Shown here piece after piece: positions 36,201 to 42,200 of a stretch of DNA of 64,000 bases (within the stretch, counting starts at the first letter, position 1; every line of letters starts with the position of its first letter). The notes under the pieces are model-generated. The model saw only the letters and a list, made by a program, of their open reading frames with translations, searched no databases and was not told where the DNA came from. The position numbers and the translations under genes are program-made. The DNA is from an uncultured Planctomycetia bacterium. GTDB lineage: Bacteria > Omnitrophota > Gorgyraeia > Tantalellales > Tantalellaceae. The stretch lies in contig CAZNEE010000001.1 in NCBI GenBank assembly GCA_964572255.1, positions 66,223 through 130,222 of the forward strand, given 5' to 3'.

Positions 36201-39200
36201 AACAAGCTCAGCGAGATATGGATCTCCGGAGAGATGGATGAACATGAATACAAGAGAATAATTTCGGGATATCTTACGGACAATCCCAGCAAAAGAAAGA
36301 TGGTCATATCCATGACAGAGATCCATCTTGGCATGCTTGAGGTCGTTAATATGCTGGATGAAGGCACCATAGATAAATACCAGTTCAGCATGAGAGATAT
36401 TAAGGCATGGGCCAATTATGTGAACATGTACGGTCCCAAAATAGGATGGGATGAAGCTTTTGCAAAAGGGGCTGTTTATATTTATTATGACCGGCTGACA
36501 AAAGCGGAACATAGAAAAGAGTTCATGAGCTTTTTCAGCGAGCTGCTTAAAGAAGCCTCCTATTCTAAGGCCTATAAGCATGCCGTTAATTTTACGGCGC
36601 GCAGCATAAGCACAAAAGATAAAGAAAAAGTTACCACGAGGAATAACGGCTTCATTGATGTGTTAGAGACGACTTTAGAGGTGAATCGATCTCCGATATC
36701 AAAGGAATTGGTCCCGAAAGAAGATGTTGCCAAACTTATTCATACGGATTCGGCGATGAAGGATCTTGAAAAAGTGGCCCAGGCCGCTTACCTGAACGAA
36801 CCTTCGCTCCTTATCGGGGAAACGGGAGCCGGCAAGACATCCCTCGTAAGATATCTTGCGCACCTTACCAATAACGCCTTCCAGAGGTTTAATATAAGCG
36901 GACAGACCGAAAAGAGGGATTTTATCGGAGGATATCATCCTGATGAAGATGGTAAGTTTGTATGGAAAGACGGTATTTTGATCGAAGCCATAAAGAAGGG
37001 CGAATGGCTTGTTGTTGATGAGATCAACTTAGCCCCGTCACAGGTCATTGAAAGGATGAATTCCCTTCTCGATGATGACGGTTTTATAGTAGTTACCGAA
37101 CACAAGGGCGAAAAATATATAAGGCAGTCTGAATACGATAAGAAAGTGGATGAATACGCTTATATAATAATGCAAAAAGAAAAGTGTTCGATGGAAGAAG
37201 CTGTCAGAAAAGCAAAAGAAGAGCTAACAAAAGAGCTAGTCTTCCCGATACATCCCAATTTCAGGTTCTTCGCGACCATGAATCCTTCCGAATATGCCGG
37301 AAGACAGGTTTTCTCAAAGGCCCTCATTAACAGGTTCAGGGTCAAATGGATAGATATTCCCGATAAAGAAGATGTCCGGGAGATACTGAAGGAGAAGTAT
37401 AAAGGCAAACTCCCGCAAAAAATAATAAATAAGGCGATCGAAGTCCATTACGAGATGATAGAAGGAAGCAGCGGGATAGATGAAGATAAAGTTCATTATA
37501 CCATCAGGCATCTTATCAGGTGGATGGAACGGTTAGTTCTTGGTTTAGAGAAAGAATGGGATACTGATGTTAATAGGCTTGCGTTTACCGAAGGTGCGGC
37601 CATATATGGCGATGGCCTGCCGATCGAAGAGGACCAGGAAGATAGTTTAAGTAATGAATACGGGGGGATAGATAATATCCAGTTATTATATAATATGCTG
37701 GAAGAGGCGCTTGAGGCCAGGTTCGGAAAACCCCAGGGCGAGGAAAATATAGAGATCACTGAAGATGAGGATCTTGTCAGTTTCGGAGAGGTCAGTTTAC
37801 CTGAAAATAAAGAAGAGAGGAAGTTCTATGTATCCGGTCCCGAGCTGAAAAATACCGGATCCATGAAAAGATTCCTTAAAAGGATAGCAAGATCCGTTTT
37901 GGCGGTTGAGAATATCCTGCTTCTGGGTCTTACCGGCGGAGGGAAATCGGAACTTGTACGGCACCTGTCGGATTTGACGAATAATAATTTTATCGCGATG
38001 GATCTTGACGGGCAGACTGACGTATCACAGCTTATCGGCCAGTATGTGCCGCTTGAGGGCGAAGACCGTTTCCAGTGGGTGCAGGGAAGTCTTCTTGAGG
38101 CCATGGAACACGGTGCCTGGATACTGATAGATGAGTTGAATCTGGCGGAACCCGAGATCATAGAAAGGCTGAATTCTTTGCTTGACGACGACGCTTCGCT
38201 TACTGTTAACGAGCATAAAGGAGAAAAATGGATCCCCGCTAAGCTGTACGATGAATTAGAGGCCAATGGACATGATATGACCTATTTGAAGAAGATCCAC
38301 GAGAATTTCAAGCTTTTCTGCGCGATGAATCCCGCGCATTATGCGGGAAGGACAAAGATGTCAAAGGCAATGCTTAATAAGTTTTATCAGCTCTGGATAC
38401 CCCAGGAAGGTACGTTCGAAGAGGAGGCAGAGATCACGGTGCATTATCTCGATGCAGAAGCTTCCTTTTCCGATGTCTCGGAAGAAAAACTCCGGATGGA
38501 AGGGGTGATAGAAAAAAATACCGAGCTGGCGGAAGCTGCAAGATATGTAAATTCTTCGAGTTTATACCTCGGGATGAACGGTTTCGGCGCTTTGGCTTAT
38601 ATTTTTGATCAGATAAAGAGCTGGAGGAAAAAGCGAAAAGATGACCAGAATAAAAAGCTGGAGCTCAAGAGTTTAAATCCGCAGTATTTGTTGGAGAAGT
38701 CCGGCGAAGAAGAAGATGAAGACATGGGGTGGCTCAAGAAAATAAGGATGAAAAGGGGCGATAAGAAGGTAAATAAAATACTTAAAAATGTTTCTTTCAT
38801 GAAAGAATTTTATTCCGGAGAATTCAACACGGATATCAGGCCGGGCGCCGGATGGGCGATAGACTTGTCGACAACGCCTCCCACGCTTATATATCCTAAA
38901 AAAGATCTGGAGGAAAGAAGCGCTGATTATATATGCGGCGTTACAATGCATGAAACCGGTCACAGGGATATAAGCTTTTTGGTCGAAAAGTTCTTTAAGA
39001 AAGAAAGCACGAGGTTTTTACTTAATGCCGTGGAAGATCCCAGAGTGAATAATTGGGGCATGGTCAAGGTCCCCGGAACTAAAAGGTACTTTAAGACTAT
39101 GTATGATGAAGATTCTCCCGCCAGCGGCAGAATATCCATGGCTGATTTCTCAAAAGTGCTGCCTCACATACAGTTTGGCCTGGGGATAATACACCACTGG

Positions 39201-42200
39201 TATAGCGGCAAGGAGCATCCTTATATTAAGAATCCGCGTGTTCTAGAGGCTCTTCAGGAAACAAGACCAGCAGTTACTGAGGCATATAGCCTGCTTCCCG
39301 GGACCATACGCGTAAAAAGGTATGATAAAGAACGGATAGTGGTCGATTCTTCGACGGGAAGGAAAAGGTTTATTCCTTTACCTCCTGTCGGACATACTGT
39401 GAGTGTGGGAAAAACCGATGTTCAAAGTGTAGAAAGAGTGGATGAAGATACTATTATTGTGACTACACGAAAAGAATCAAGAGAGATATCCGTTCCCGAG
39501 GAAGGCGGATGGGAAACATTATTGAATAACATAAAACCCAGTAACGATGAGAAGAAAGCAATAGCCGTAAAATCAGCTAAGATAATAGAGGAAAAGGTTC
39601 TGCCGGCTTATGAAAAGCTGGTGCAGGAGTCCATAGACCAGATGAAAAAGCAGATGTCGGGCCAGGGATCAGGTCAAAGCGGGCAGGAGCAGGATCAGCC
39701 GGGACAGGGAGGCGTGGAAGCGCAAGCTGAAGAAGAAGTAGAGAAGCAGTCAAAAGAATTTGCCGATGACCTGGAAGGAAAACTGCCCCGGGGTGAAGAG
39801 GAAAAGAAAGAAGAGATGAAGAAAAAGAGAGAAGAAAGGTGGAAGAAGCCGCAGGATGAGGGGAAATCCAAAGCAGGCGATAAAGATGAGGAGAAAGGTG
39901 AAGGCGGCGGCGGAGATGAAAAAACGGAAGAAGATAAAGAAGGAGGAGATGAAAAGGGAGAAGGCGCCGGAGAAAAGGATGAAGAAAAAGACCAAAAGGG
40001 CGTAAGTTCAGGTGGAGAGGACAGCGCGGAAGATAAAAATGAAGTAAGTTCTGAATCCAGCGAAAGAAGCAGCGGGGGAGAAGATAAAAGCAGATCGGAT
40101 TCAGCAGAAGAAAAACGCCAGAAGAGAGAGCCCTCAGAAGACGGTACTAAAAAAGAAAGCGCTGCTGATGCGGAAGGCGAGAAGCAGGAAACCGCCCAGG
40201 AAGAAGATCGCTCAAAAGGCAAGCCGTCCCCGGTCGATTTTGGCAGAAGACTTACAATGAAAGACAGGCTTAAGCTGGACATAAAATTAAGAGAGAAGAT
40301 AAAAGTAGAACATAAAGACAAGTATGATAAATATTATTCGCAGGCAATCCGTTTGATCGAACGCCTGTTCGGTACTCTTGACAACGAGCTTGTGAAGGAT
40401 AAAAAACCGAGGTATAAAGGCTGGTTTGAGGCGGGCAAGCTTCGCAGGATGAATAAAGCCATGACAATGAAGAAGACGGGGGATATGCGGATATGGGAAA
40501 GAAGAAGCAATCCTACAAAGAGAAGTTTTAAATTCAGCATCGTTCTTGATGAAAGCGGATCCATGGGCATGGGACATTCTGAATCTGAGACTTCCCAGGA
40601 TGCCCTGAAAGCCCTTGTACTTTTCATGGAAGTCTTATCCAGGCTTGATATTGATTTTTCAGTTATCGGTTTCAGTGACGCTCCTTCTGTTCATAAGAGT
40701 CTGCAGGAAAGTTTTAAGTACAAGAACAAGGACGAGCTGATCAATGAGATCATTGAGTATATGGGGAGAGGATTGGGGACATATGATGCCGCGGCCGTAA
40801 ATCTGGCCGTGAATCAGCTTGAGCAGGAATCCAGCGATTCAAAAGTCATTATTGTCATTACTGATGGTTATGGAAACGGTCCCGTTGAAGTGGAAAAAAT
40901 GATAAGAGAGGCAAGGAAAAAAGGTATTGAAGTCATAGGCGTTGGTGTAGGCAACGGCATGCAGTATGTTAAGAGCGTTTATCATCCGAATGCCACTGTC
41001 CGGACAATGGAAGAGCTGCCCGGTGTGATCGCGAAACTTTTGATCGATATCATTGTATATAGAAAATACACGCCAATTGATCATGAAGAAAAAAATCAGC
41101 CTATTAATGCAATAAAACTTTCTATCGCTTCACTTGTGAACATTTTTGCCGGGATCGGATCCATGTTTCTAACGGATCTTGCCCCGGGTTCCGTTCTTCC
41201 TTGGATGTTGGGGATATTTTCAGGAGCTTGTATCGCAAGTGCGCTTATATATCTTGTTACAACAATGTTTATAGAAATGGTCTTCCAGATCGGCAGGGAA
41301 ACGGCCTTTCGTTCCGAGGAAAGAAAGATAGCCAGAACTGTAACTTATCCGGACGGGACAAAACGGATAGAGACAGAACCTGAGTTTGATAAACTTCCCT
41401 GGATAATAAGGAAATTTATCATCATGCATGAAAAGGTCCACGTTGCCGGTTTCGGCGAATTTATGGCATACGCGTTCCCATGGATCGGTCTTTTTGTTAA
41501 GACATCAGGGAAAAATAAAAAGTCCATGATCGGCGGCGATCCGGAAATTGCCATAGGCATTCATAAGAACGTTTCTGATGAAGTATTTACTGAAATTATT
41601 AATATTCTGGATGAAAAAGTAAATATTATAGTAACTGAGAGTGAAGAAGAATTTGCGGAGGCGATCGAAGATGCAAATTTTACAGGTATTTTTATCGACG
41701 AGAGCATAACACTGGATTCAATAATGACCGAGAAGGTAAGAAAAGATATCTATTCAATAAAGTTAATGAAGACGTATAAAGGGATTTTAAAGGTAAACGA
41801 AATAAGCCCTGAAACTAGGGACAAAATAGCTGAGACTATAAAGAAAATCATACCGGAGATAGACAAAGTGGATATTGACAGCGTGCTGGGCACAGCACGT
41901 GAGATCATGGCAAAGGATGCTGATCTTTACAAGAATATCATGAGTTTACAGGGCCTGGTCGCAAAACGAAAAAATGAGATAGCTTCTGTCTATAATAATA
42001 TGAAGATGGACGAGGCGGTAAACTACGGCGGTAATCTGGTGGTTGCTACAACTGAAAGAATAGCGGAATTCGACCCGTTTGCGTTCGATAACATGCAAAA
42101 AACAGAAGGCCGGAGCATCGTAAATTACTTCATTTACGGTGATAACATCAAGGACATCGATGAGGCAAAGAAGTTCGCCAGAGCGAGCGGGTATAAGGGG

